A program made the translations under genes and the position numbers. Under the pieces are notes generated by a model. It did not search any database and was not told the DNA's origin. It saw only the letters and a program-made list of their open reading frames with translations. DNA of 64,000 bases, from NCBI RefSeq assembly GCF_018977255.1, contig NW_024704742.1:123444001-123508000 (forward strand), in the 5' to 3' direction. This document shows positions 11,511 to 24,187 of this stretch, piece after piece (position 1 is the stretch's first letter; every line of letters begins with the position of its first letter). The stretch comes from Callorhinchus milii (Eukaryota).

Positions 11511-12529
11511 TAGACAATTTGGTCTACTTTCTTGAATCAATATCTATAAGTCTCTTTAGTGATCACTACTCTCACATAGATCTGCCAAGCTTTTTGAGAC
11601 TTTTCCTTCGCTCTAAAAAGTGCAAGTTGTTGATGCATTATTGCTTCAAGTCTATTACAATCTTTTCTCTTTCTACTTTTCAGAAAGCCTGTTTACTTTT
11701 CATAAAACCTGCTTGTATTTTATCTGCCAGTATTTTAAAATGAATATTCAATGCATTTGATAACGCTCTTTATCACCTTGAAACGCCTCAAAGTGCTTCG
11801 CAAAATGTTCAGCAAAGCATACAGACTGTTTATTTGTAGGCTTGCAACAGCCGATTTACACGCAAAGGCACAACAGTCATGAATTGAACAGCCAAACTTT
11901 TTATCTGTAGGATAAAAAGCGCCTTGGGACGTCCTCCTGACGTGAAAGGGCTATACAAGTGTAATCTTGTTGTTGTTGGCCAGGATTAAGCAATAAACTT
12001 CCTTCTCTTTTTGGCTGTTTAACATTTCGCCCACAAAATATATACAGTCAATTCACTTTACAGTATAATCTGTGAAACACTTTAACACGTCTCGAAGACG
12101 TGACAACGCACTATATCAAGTGCAAGGATTATTATGTATTATGAATTGCTTGGTTTATACTGAAGTTATAGTTATTAAAAGATTGTATAAAAAATAGTTT
12201 CAGGATACCATAGATACAATATACCAAAGGGGCAATGAAACCACATAGTTTAACATGACCTTATAGTTTAGGCTGACACAATTCTTTTCTCAGACAAGAA
12301 AATATTGGTTTGTTCTGCACTGATAGCAACCAAAAGAATGGTAAATGTAGAAACACTGTCCTGGGTCTAGGTGAAGGCTGAGTGCTGATCAAACTGAAAG
12401 GCACTTTTATTATATTTTAAGAGCTTACTTAAAACTAAACGATAAAGTGCACCCATTTGAGTACTTTTTTTTAAGATTCAATACTCCTCAGGTTAGTTTG
12501 TTGGTTTTATGCGCCCTTCAGCTTCCCCC

Positions 12530-13421
12530 ATCCTGGCAAGTGAGAGGACTTGGACTTGATTTCCAGCGGGGCGAAATGTTGGGCAAGTTTCCTTGCTCCA
12601 CACGCCTCTGTTTACCTAGCAGTAAGTAGGAACCCAGTTAGTCGATAGGTGGATCGCCTTTTTGGGGGTAATAAACCCTTCAAAAAAATAAATTCATTAA
12701 AAAAAATAATAAATGGGTCATTTTCAATCCACGACTGTTTGTGGGACACTGCTGTGCGCAATTGGCTGCCGCGTTTCGCCCACAAAATATACAGTCAATT
12801 CACTTTACAGTATAACCACCATCCGAGGTTGTGCTTTCAGCCACTATGCCCTGAAACTCTGGAACACTCTCCTTCAATCCCTCTGCCTTGCCCCCCCTTC
12901 TCCCCTTTTTCAAATCCCGCTTGAAAACTTTCCTCTTCAACCGTGCTTATGGCCACCTCCACAACCCCTCTCTGGGCTCGGAGTCAGGCCATGCCACTGT
13001 TAAGCCATGCCCAGCTTGGACTGCACTATATAAGTGCAAGTTGTTGTTGTCTCGAAGATGTGATAAGACGCAATATCAAATGCAAGGATTATTATTATTA
13101 TAATAATAAATAATAATGATTCTTGAATTTGATACAGCGCTTTTCACATCTTCTAGACATCTCAAAGCGCTTCACAGAATAAACTGTAAAGTGAATTGAC
13201 TGTATATTTGTGGGCAAAACGTGGCAGCTAATTGCGCAAAGCAGTGTCCCACAAACAGGCATGGATTGAAGTGACCAATTTATTATTGTTTTTTTTCTTG
13301 AGGGATTATTATCAGGCGTGTGGAGTAAGGAAACTTGCCCAAGGTTTTACCCTGTTGAGAATCAAACTGAGATCTTTCGTTTGCGAGTCCAGTGCTCTAA
13401 CCACTGAGCTACAGGACTCCA
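12530..13421. mobile_element. Tail-to-tail SINE pair: + copy (12530-13100) interrupted by an L2 3' fragment (~12818-13049), then a - copy (13101-13421)
   Basis: Family matches; (TTA)n(TAA)n junction near 13100. Confidence 0.85.
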
Positions 13422-14228
13422 CAATAATACTGCAGTAATGCAGGAGCACCACGTTGTTTATAGATGAAATGTTAAACTGTCTGTTCAAGTGGATGTTAAA
13501 GATCCCTTGCACAATTTGAAACAGAAGAGAGTGTCTCCCGATGTCCTGGCCAGTTTAAATCGGTCGTTTGCTTTGTGGTTGTTTGTGGAACACTGCTGTG
13601 TGCAAATTAGTTGCCAAGTTCAACTACAAGCAAACAGTCACTACACTATATAGTAAATTCTGTCAGACACTTCGAGATATCTTCTTGACGCGAAAGACGT
13701 TGTATTAAATGCTAGGGTCTTGCAACAATTTATAATGATAGAGCACCCTTCATATAGGATAATGAATGCTTTACAATGACACTAACCAGGGAGAGTGGGG
13801 AGAAGGGGAAAAGACCATAGTTGGGCTTGGCGAGAACAGAAAAGATATACATACGGAGTTTGGTGAGGAAAAAGATGCTGGCGGCACAATTTTGGATAAG
13901 TTGGAATTTATAATAGTGGAGCTATATAATGCATTTGAAAATTGCAGACAGGAAAGATGTAGATAAGGGTTTCATGCCATTCGGTGTGAGATTAGGGTAA
14001 GACATAAAGGTGAAGAAAAATAGTCTATTGTTAATATTATTGTTAAACCAAGGTTTTGCCTGCCTATTCAGGTGGATAATAATAATAATAATAATAATAA
14101 AAGGCCAAGTACTGCAGATGCTGGAAATCTGATATAAACACAGAAGTCACTGGGAACACACAGCAGGTCAGGCAGCATCCATGAAGAGAGGAAAATTAGT
14201 TAACAATTCAGGTATATGAACTTTCATA

Positions 14229-14922
14229 TAATAATCATAATAATAATCATTGCATTTTATGTAGTGCCTTATCACATCTTCAAGATGTCTCAAAGCGCTT
14301 CACAGCATATACTGCAAAGTGAATTGATTGTATATTTTGTGGGTGTAACGCAGCAGTCAATTATGCACAACAGCGTCCCACAAACAGTCGTGTATTGAGT
14401 GACCAAATTATTATTGTTATTTTTTTGAAGGGATTGTTACCCCCAGGAAAGCGATTCGCCAATCAACTAACAACCAGGTTCCTACAGAGGCTAGGTAAAC
14501 AGAAGCTTGTAGAGTAAAGAAACTTGCTCAATATTTCGTCCTGCCGGGAATTGAACCTAGGTCCTCTCACTTGCGAGGCGAGTGCTCTAACCACTAAGAT
14601 GATAATAATAATAATCCTTGCATTTGATATAGCGCCTCATCACGTCTTCAAGACATCTGAAAGCGCTTTACAGAATATACTATGCACAGCAATGTCCCAC
14701 AAACAGTTGTGGATTGAGTGACCAAATTATTTTTATATTGAAGAAACTATTGCCCCCTGAAAAGCGATCTGTCAATCAACTAACTACCGGGTTCCTACTT
14801 ACTGCGAGGTTAACAGAGGCATGTAAAGTAAGGAAACTTACCCAACAATTCGCCCTGCCGGGAATTGAACCAGATGTTCTCAATTGGGAGGCAAGTGCTC
14901 TAACCACTAAGATACAGGACTC
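14229..14922 (-). mobile_element. Two tandem young SINE copies (~14229-14597 and ~14603-14922)
   Basis: Family matches including tRNA heads. Confidence 0.88.
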
Positions 14923-15440
14923 CCAGTATTCTGGATATTATATAATTCCCAGAATATTGATAAAATTGCAGGAATCTGCATATTTTAAACATCTTTGGGA
15001 TACAAATTCCCATATAGGGCTCTCAGTCACCTGAACAAAGTCTCAAGAAGCCATGTGAAGCAAGACTTCATACTGGAAGAGCAGATTTATCAGTATCAGA
15101 TCACTTTCACTTGCCTTGAAAGTGTCCAAGAATTCTAGTTCTAGGCAAACAAAACTCACTTTAAACAGTTTAAGTATTTCAGTACATCAGTGAAACACAA
15201 AGGTATTTTAACTTCTGCACATACAGTACCTTCTGCGTGCAAAAAAAGTGTCTTCATCATATAGTACTTTAAACCATACTGTATAGCAATGAAAAAATAC
15301 TATGCTTTAAACTTCAATACAGATTGAAAACATGTCACAATTGATTAGTCATTAGATGTCTTCTCGGATTGAAGACAACTTAGAGCGTTTTTAATTTGTA
15401 TTACAAAAACCCAAATTAGCTTGAAGAAAAAGTGCAGTAC

Positions 15441-15528
15441 CTTTCCTCATGTTGCCTGTAATGTTCTTGAGCGATGCAAGTAGTAACAGGATGAGGCAGG
15501 CAGGCGCCTCTGATAAAACTATCCACAT
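15441..15528 (-). CDS. Putative signal-peptide exon (MWIVLSEAPACLILLLLASLKNITGNMRK) of a downstream membrane/secreted protein gene, possibly IL31RA/gp130-family
   Basis: Good acceptor ttctcacttttcag at 15535, hydrophobic core, phase-1 donor AAG|gtactg; family assignment rests on synteny only. Confidence 0.45.
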
Positions 15529-16196
15529 AAAACTCTGAAAAGTGAGAACAACACACAAGGGACTCGCAAGGCAGTGAGCCATGCAACCACCATTCAAGTG
15601 TCAGCAGCTAAAATGTGAAGCTTTGATAAGAGAGCAGTTTCGTTATAGGAAATGACTTTCAAGCTTGGGTTAAAGGGCTGAAAGGGAAAGTCCGCTTCTC
15701 ACTGCAGAGCAGACAGATACAGGCTGCAGGGAATCAATCCCAGCCGATCAAGTAAGTTAATCTCGGCTCCTCAAACTTCCACAGCTCTGCCTTGGTTTCG
15801 CTTAGGGATTGAAACAAAAAACGAGCTTTGTTTCTTCCTTTTTTATGTTCAGCAAATAAATATAGCATTTCAGAATGAGGTGAATTCCGTCAAACTGGAA
15901 CGATGGGAGTGTTCAGACTCTCTCTCTCTCTCTCTCTCTCCCCCAGCAGCAGGAACAGAGAATCAAGTCAGTGAATGACCTGCCCTCCCCTGAGGAGAGG
16001 CAGAGTGGCTGGGCACATTGTGGTTAAAAAAAAGCGGAAGCAACTGAGAAGGGAGAGCTACTCACTGACCCAGTCGATGAACAGCCTGGAGGACGTCAGT
16101 TTCACTGAGGCCAAGTCTATTTCCTTGGGGAACTAGAGGAATTGGGTTAAACAGCGGTGTTGAATAAGCCTCACAGCATTGGGCCTCCAGAGCATC

Positions 16197-16442
16197 AATA
16201 ATAATAATCATCCTTGCCTTTGACACAGCATCTTATCACGTCTTCAAGATGTCTCAAAACACTTCACAGAATATACTGTGAAGTGAATTGACTGTATGCT
16301 TTGTGGGTGAAACGCAGCAGCAAATTGTAGTGTCCCACAAACAGTCGTAGATTTTTTTTTTGATGTGATTATTATCCCAGGAAAAGTGATCTGCCATGTG
16401 ATCAAGCAACAACCTGGTTCCTACTAATTCCTAGGTAAACGG
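16197..16442 (-). mobile_element. Young SINE, 5'-truncated
   Basis: Family match. Confidence 0.8.
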
Positions 16443-17336
16443 AGATGAAGCTGACGGCCTCCAGGCAGTTCAATGAACGGTCAGTGAGGGCTGGAGCTCT
16501 CCCTCCCTCAGTTGCTTCCCATTTCTACCACAATGTGCCTGGCACTCTGCCTCTCATCAGGGGCGGGCAAATCACTGACTCCCTGTTGCTGCTTGCAAGG
16601 CGAGTGCTCTAACCAATATGCTTCAGCCATGAGGTGGCTGCTGGCACATTACAAGCTGCCATGTAATAGGTCCTCACATTTTTTGGGGGTCAGACAGGTG
16701 TCTTGACACATGCAGAAACCCATCATCATCCTTAAAGAGTATCCCACCCAAATTCAGAATTCCATGCATCCAACCTACACATGGAAATTCCAGATAGGAT
16801 TCCTGGAATGGAATGTGCACTCTCTCCTTGGAGGAACACATTCCTGATAACCTAGTTCTGGGAAGTATCAGGGGTCATTTGGAAAGAGCCAAGGCTTGAG
16901 GACCCCCGAATGTGCATTGGAATGCAGAATGAGCAGCTGCTGATCATTCTCTGCACTTTCAACTGGTGGAAACATTGTTCAGTGCAGAAGAATGTGTCCA
17001 AGCTGTGGACAGGATGACGGCAATGCTCAAACATGTCATGCTAAGTTGTGCTGCTCACCCTGAAGCTTACAAGTTATTCTTAATATCAACAATCCACCTA
17101 GTGAGGTCTCAATCTTGCACACAATAAAGTGTACCCACACATTAGAGTCCAGATCCACAACAGCAATGCTAACTTCTCCCCTCCTCCCCACACCTCTCTC
17201 CACATGAGGTTAGAAAAACAAATCAGCCCTGTGTAAAGCTGAAACTTAATTTTGTTTTCCAATTCAAGCTGACCCACATTTACCAGTGATCAAAATTGTA
17301 GATTAAAAACATTCACAGAAATCATTATCCATCGAA

Positions 17337-17730
17337 CTGAGCCTGGCTCAGTTGGCACTCTCACTGAGTCAGAAGGTTGTGGGCTCAAGCCTCACATTGG
17401 GCCTGGGAACCCACGTAGTCTACACTGACACTCCAATACAGTAATGTTGGATTGTGCTGCATTGTCTGAGGCACCACTAACCAAGGTCTCGTCTAGGTGG
17501 CCAGGTGTCCATTAAAGATCCCACAGCACTATTTGTAAAGAGAGGATGAAGGTTATCCCAGTGTCTTGGCCAACAATCTCCCAAATAAAAAAATTAAAGA
17601 TGACTCCATGGATGTTTGGGACACTGCTGTGTTCAAATGGGCTGCCAATTCACCCACAATTATTACTACTTTACAATATGTCATGTGAAGTTTTTGACGA
17701 TGTGATAAGGCGTTATTTCATGTTATATTG
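17337..17730 (+). mobile_element. Older Deu-type tRNA SINE, full length but degenerate
   Basis: CCTGGCTCAGTTGG head, AAAGATCCCACAGCACTATTTG...GTGTCTTGGCCAAC core. Confidence 0.8.
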
Positions 17731-17978
17731 ATTTGCAGCCAATTTCATTGAAAAGTGACAAACTTGTTTTTGCTGGTCATGCCTTCTCATCTCAAATTTA
17801 AAACAATATATTTCACTAATTAAAGTTCTTTAAATAAGGGATAATTGGAGGCACAGAAGATATTTTCCTACACAAATGATTGACAATGAGGCTCAGGTTT
17901 ACACATCAGTTTGCAGGATATTTTCTTGTACTTGAATGAGTAATGGAATAAATACCACTCTTACAGCACAAAGCTCAG

Positions 17979-18001
17979 TTTATTCAACCATGACATTTAT
18001 T
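17979..18001 (-). terminator. ddx4: Two AATAAA polyadenylation signals of ddx4 (17996-18001 and 17979-17984); 3'UTR about 300 nt
   Basis: tttatt twice on the + strand, ~280-300 nt after the stop codon. Confidence 0.65.
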
Positions 18002-18282
18002 AACCTTGTCCTGCATTTTAATCATTGCTCAGGTCATGAAGAAAAACAAACAAAAAATTCTCAACTTTGCAATATCTGCCCATCGTTATACAATTAAAGT
18101 ATTGTTGATCACACCAACTGTGCACAATTGTTGAATGTAAACACTTGCAATTTTAGAAATAAGTACAAGTTAACCTACAAACCTGGTTAACAATGAAAAT
18201 CATATTCAAAATAGTAATACTATTACCACTTAGTGGGAAATGTTACGTTTTAAGTAAACTAAGGTTTAGAGCATCCGGATTA

Positions 18283-18372
18283 TTACTCCCATGCATCTTC
18301 ATGATCTTTTCCTGCATACGTCACCGGCAAATTCGCTTCATAACTACTGAAGTCTTTGTTACCACCCAAGCC
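18283..18372 (-). CDS. ddx4: DDX4 last coding exon (GLGGNKDFSSYEANLPVTYAGKDHEDAWE*)
   Basis: ctctctttcag acceptor; acidic-Trp C-terminus typical of Vasa; tandem TAA TAA stop. Confidence 0.93.
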   Translation of the reverse strand, partial: GLGGNKDFSSYEANLPVTYAGKDHEDAWE

Positions 18373-18423
18373 CTGAAAGAGAGAGTAAGTTACCAAAATA
18401 ATTTTTTTTATGTTTCTTCTTTC

Positions 18424-19123
18424 AATAATAATCTTTGCATTTGGTATAGCGCCTTATCACGTCTTTGAAACGTCTCAAAGAGTTTCACAAAATATACTGT
18501 AAAATGAATTGACTGTATAATAATAATCCTTGCATTTGATATAGCGCTTTTCACGTCGGGAGGACGTCCCAAAGCGCTTCACAGAACACACTGTAAAGTG
18601 AATTGACTGTATATTTGTGGGCGAACGCGGCAGCCAATTGCACACAGCAATGTCCCACAAACAGTCGTAGATTGAAAATGACCAATTTATTATTGTTTTT
18701 GGTTTTTGGAGGGATTATTATTATTAGGCGTGTGGAGTAAGGAAACTTGCCCAAGGTTTCGCCCTCTGCCTGGAATTGAACTCAGGTCTCTCACTTGCAA
18801 AGCAAGTGCTCTAACCACTGAGCTACAGGACTCCACGGTCTATTTTGTGGGCGAAACGCGGCACCCAATTGTGCACAGCAGTGTCCCACAAACAGTCGTG
18901 GATTGAAGCGACCAACTTATTATTATTTTTTTCTTTTTTTGAAAGAATTATTACTCTAGAAAATTGATCGCCAATCGACTAACAACCGGGTTCCTACTTA
19001 CTGCTAGGTAAACAGAAGCGTGTGGAGTAAAGAAACTTGTCCAACATTTCGTCCTGCCGGGAATAAAACCCAGGTCTCTCACTTGCGAGACGAGCTACAC
19101 TGACCACTGAGCTAGAGGACTCC
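18424..19123 (-). mobile_element. Cluster of young SINE pieces (18424-18516, 18517-18834, 18840-19123) in the last ddx4 intron
   Basis: Family matches; the middle copy appears nested in another copy. Confidence 0.88.
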
Positions 19124-19384
19124 ACAATCCTGCAGAGGTCACTGGCAGAAACAATTCTCTTTAGCATTCGTGATATTCTGCAAGTTGTAATTTAATAGAA
19201 CTTGGTCTTAAATTTCAGAACAGGTCTCGATTCTAAACCAAAATATAGAATTATTTGAAGAATCTGAAGGCCCCATTTATAGAGTGTATATAACAGGATA
19301 GCCTGAATTACAGTTAGGGCACCTGGAAGACAGATTTGTTTCACTCTGTCAAATACAAAGATTGGCTTTGTACTTGACAAAGCA

Positions 19385-19890
19385 AACAACGACAACGACT
19401 TTCACTGTGGGAGGATGTCACAAGGTGCTGAACAATCAGTGCTTCGGACACAAGTTGGGGGTCAGGATCGGTCGGGGAGGCTGATCAAAGGTACGGTGGA
19501 AGAGGAGGGTCTTGAGACTGGTGAAGGAGGCAAGGGGGGGGCGAGGCAGAGGGATTATGGGATTGAGTTCAAGAGGGTGGGGCGGGGGACAAGAAGCAGG
19601 CCAGAGCAGAGGGAGCAGGCAGGTTGGTAAGCGGTTAGGAAGTCACAGAGGTAGGAGGGAACAAGACCGTGGAGGGCTTTGAAGGTGAGGACCAGGATCC
19701 TGAACTGTATCCTCTGTGTGATGGGAAGCCAGTGGAGTCAGTCGAGGATGGGGGTGACAGGATTGCAGAGCCTGGGGCAGGATAAGACACGGGCTGGATA
19801 ATCTGCAGCCTGCGGAGGGTAGCGTTGGGGAGGCCGACAAGCAGGGAGTTTCCATAGTCAAGCCTGGATGCGATGAATGCGTGATGAAAT
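19385..19890 (-). mobile_element. L2 LINE 3' fragment
   Basis: HAFIASRLDYGNSLLVGLP. Confidence 0.88.
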
Positions 19891-20569
19891 AACCCATCAT
19901 TAAAATATGGCCATAAGTGGTGCCTAGGCATAGCGTGGAAAAAAATCTCTGTACTGGTCCTGGTCAATTCAAAACAGATCTACATTTCAGACAGGGAACT
20001 GGTGTGCTAAGCAGTCGGCTGTCACAATTATTAATGCTTAAAACCAAGGAAGTTTCTTGGCATCAGCGGTAAAGAAAAAAAAGTTTACCAATAAAACCAT
20101 GGAGCTTCAATGAAGCCACTGAACTCATCCAAAAATTCTAAATTAATTCCATTCAACATTCACAAAAAAGGCGCAACAATTGAATGGATTGGATTAAAGA
20201 ACAAACATGGATTACTTCCTTCAGGTTTTTGTCTTTCAGCATTGAGAAACCCATTTAACAATAACTAGGTTACACTTTCTCTCTTTGCATGAATAATGAA
20301 CTGCACCAAAATTATCTTTGTAACTTTTATGCGACGGGAGCATAAACTGCTCTACCATAAGGAAAGAAATGTTGATGTCAGACAGCATAAGTGGACCTTT
20401 CAAATTTAGATCTCGGAGTTTGAAGCAAAAGTCAATTTCACAATACACAGGCAGGAAAGGGTAACCCAGAATCAACTTCACCACAAATCACCACATGTAA
20501 AGAGCTGAAGATAGTTTAAGCTAGCATTTTTTTTAATGTTTCCCAACTAAAATACAATATTAAACTAAC

Positions 20570-20677
20570 CTTGCGACTGTCGACTGAAGCAAACACTTTT
20601 CCAAGTGGATTGTGGTAGCTGGTCCCATAAGCAGCAAAAGCAAATTCCTCCAGCCAAGTAGGAACTTCCTGCTGGGC
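20570..20677 (-). CDS. ddx4: DDX4 coding exon 18 (AQQEVPTWLEEFAFAAYGTSYHNPLGKVFASVDSRK)
   Basis: Conserved AQQxVPxWLEE and FASVDxRK; ttgttag acceptor, gttagt donor; 108 nt. Confidence 0.96.
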
Positions 20678-21236
20678 CTAACAAATGTTTCAATATGTAA
20701 AATATTAAATGAATCAATGATTGAGAATTGTTAACATTAGGCATAAATTTGTATTCATCAATACACAAGCTCATAGGCCAGGCAGACACTCCAATACAGT
20801 GCTGGGGGATTGCTATGTTGCCAGAGGCTATTTTTTGGATGGACTGTTAAATTGAGGTCCCATCTCTCTGCCTGTTCAGATGGACATTAAAAATCCTATG
20901 GATAATTGGAAAAGGGAGTTTTTTTTCTGGTGTCCTGCCAACAATTTTGCAGATAAAATTAAGTCATTTACTTCAAAGCTGTTTGTGAAATATTGGCTGT
21001 CCCGTTCGCTTCAAATAGTTACTATACTTTATAGAATTTTGCAAAGTAGTTTAAGACATTCAACATTATAGTTGCTATATTCAAATGCAAGATTATTATT
21101 TTCATCAGCAAACAATTTCTCCTTGTATTTCCTTCGATTTATTTTGGAAGGAGACAGGGAACTCAAAAAAAACTAGAAATATACTTGTATTTATAAAGCT
21201 TCTTCAGATATGATAAAAATCTAATCACTTAACAAA

Positions 21237-22540
21237 GACAACAACAAAATTACATTTGCAAAGCACCTTTCACGTCAGGAGGATGTCCCAAGGCGTTAGA
21301 CAGAGGGGCCAAGCACGGGGTTGGGGGAAGAGTGGAGGGCGGGGGGAGGGGCGGGGGGGTAAAGCGGGGCGATTAAAAGCACGGTCGAAGAGGAGGATTT
21401 TGAAGGTAGCTAGGGAGAGGGCGAGACGGAGGGATTGCGGGATAGAGTTCCAGAGAGTGGATGCAGAGTGGCGGAAGTCCCGCCCGCCAATAGTGGGGCG
21501 AGCAAGGCGGGGGACGTGAGGCAGGCCGGAGCCCACTGAGCTGAGGGAGCCAACAGGATGGTAGGAGGTTAAGAGGTCAGAGAGGTATTGGGAAGCAAGA
21601 CCATGGAGTGTTTTGAAGGTGAGGACCAGGATCTTGAACGGTATCCTCTGTGTGATGGGAAACCAGTGTAGTCGGGCAAGGATGGGGGTGATAGGGTCGC
21701 GGGGCCTGGTGCGGGAAAGGACACGGGCTGCAGAGTTCTGGATGACCTGCAGCCTGTGGAGGGAGAAGTTGGGGAAGCCGACAAGCAATGAGTTTGCATA
21801 GTTGAGCCTCGATGTAATGAAGGCGTGTATGAGGGTTTCGGCGTCCTGCGGTGTGAGACAGTGTTGGAGCCGGGCGATGTTGCAGAGGTGGGAGAAGGGA
21901 GAGCAGGTCATGGCGCAGATGTGGGGGAGAAAGCATAGTTGAGGGTCAAACAAGACCCCAAGGTTCCGGACTGGCTTAGCAAGGTGGGGTGTGCAACCAT
22001 GGATGGTGATGCTGTCAGCGACTGAGGTGAGGAGGCGCTGACAGGAGCCAATCAGGAGAATCTCGGTCTTGTTGATGTTCAACTGAAGAAAGTTACCTCT
22101 CATCCAGGACTTGATGTCTGTCAGCACAGGTCCTGGAGTCAAGGGTGGAGGCAGAGAGGTACAGTTGGGTGTCATCCGCATACATGTGAAAATTGACTCC
22201 ATGTCTGTGGATGATGTCACCAAGAGGGAGCATATAGATATTGAAGGAGGGGATTAAGGACAGAGCCCTGAGGAATGCCGCACTAGATGGTCCGGGTGCT
22301 AGAGGAGAAGCCATTTGAGGAGATGAAGTGCAGGTGGAGTGAGAGGTACGATCTGAATCAGTCAAAGACAGTGCTGTGGATGAGGATAGAGTGGTCGACG
22401 GTGTCGAACGCAGCAGAGAGGTCAAAGAGGACGAGGAGACAGAGGGAGCACTGGTCGCAGATGGACAAAATGTCATTAGTCACTTTGACCAGGGCTATTT
22501 CTGCGCTGTGGGCAGCACGGAAACCCGACGGGCTCATATG
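21237..22540 (-). mobile_element. L2 LINE ORF2 3' portion, frameshifted
   Basis: [36 protein letters not shown]; (TTG)n tail. Confidence 0.95.
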
Positions 22541-23851
22541 CAGAGGTTTAAGAGTTAGTTTATTGGGCTGGATTCAAAGTCAGATAGAGAGGGGCATGAT
22601 AGAGGGGTAGGAAATAGCGAGAAGTTAGGGGCTGAGGCTGAAGGCTTGACCACTGACGATGGGGGAGTGTGCAGCCAGTCCAAATTAGTCAAGCAGAGGG
22701 GGGCAGCAGAAGGTCAAAGAAATAGAGGTGCTGGTCATGAAGGGAGTTATAGGTTACGGTGAGACCTTGAAGTTGATCCATACAGGAAAACTAAGCAAGG
22801 ACTAGGGTGATGAGCATATAACGTTTTACAGGCAACAATGTGGAGGGTGGTTCAGCTGGAGCTTATAGTTGGTGGAACTGGGTAGGGAGACAGAGGAGGA
22901 GTGCATTAAGTAAGTTAATAAAGGTAACAAAGGTATAACTGAAGATTTTGGCAGCACTTGCTGTAATTGGAGCAGGCAGTCAAAGTTGCAAAGTTAAAGT
23001 AAATTGGCCTTAACCAGAAGTCAAAATGTGCGTGAGAAAGGATTGAATCGATTGGCAAGATTGTGCACAATTATGGTGAGTCTCAGATCCCAGGGAGTTT
23101 GTCTTGTCCAGCTTAAACTGCAAAACAATTGAGGCTTATTTTGGCCTTAACGTTTGACAGACAAGGTTAAAGAATATCAGTTAACAAGGAATCAAGAGAA
23201 GTGAGTACGTCTGGGTGTTGGCTGCATAAATGTGAAAGTTAACCCCATGTCCATGAATAGTATTGCGAGAGGGAACATGTAGATGGGGAAGGGGAGACCG
23301 AAAAATGAGCCCCTGAGACACTCTGCAGGTGATGTGCAAATGCAAGAGAAACTGTTGGAGGAGACAAAGTCAAGACAGTGGGGCAAATAGAATTAGAATC
23401 AATGGTCGAATAGAGGGGAATAAGTGAGGGGAGACAATTCAGGGGGATGGAGTGGTTAACAATGACAAAAAACAGTAGAGGGTCAAGAAGGACAAAGAGG
23501 CAGAAGGAGGCTCAGTCAGAGAGAGAGAGAGAGTGAATCATTGGTGACTTGACAAGATCTGTCAGTTCTGTGGGCAGAGTGGAAGCTGGGCTGGATTTAT
23601 GAGGGGGATCTGACAGTGGTTTTCAAGGGAAGAGGGGACATTGCCAAATGAGGGACAGGTCGACTATATCCACCAGTGTGAGAGGAACAAAGGAGGAGTG
23701 ATTGGGTGGTCAGCAGACCAGGAAAAGGCTGACTCAGGAAGTCTTGACCTCCAAGATCACCTTGGAAGAGGCAATCGTTTTTTTTGTCTTAGAAACAGTT
23801 TACATTTTAACAGAAGCAAGTGATGAAACAGAAAGATGCTTTTAAAATCTA

Positions 23852-24187
<336 letters not shown>

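Noticed and set aside
21270..22223. 317-aa ORF and similar RT-like ORFs as functional genes
   Set aside because: 5'-truncated, frameshifted L2/CR1 ORF2 remnants; no intact endonuclease-RT
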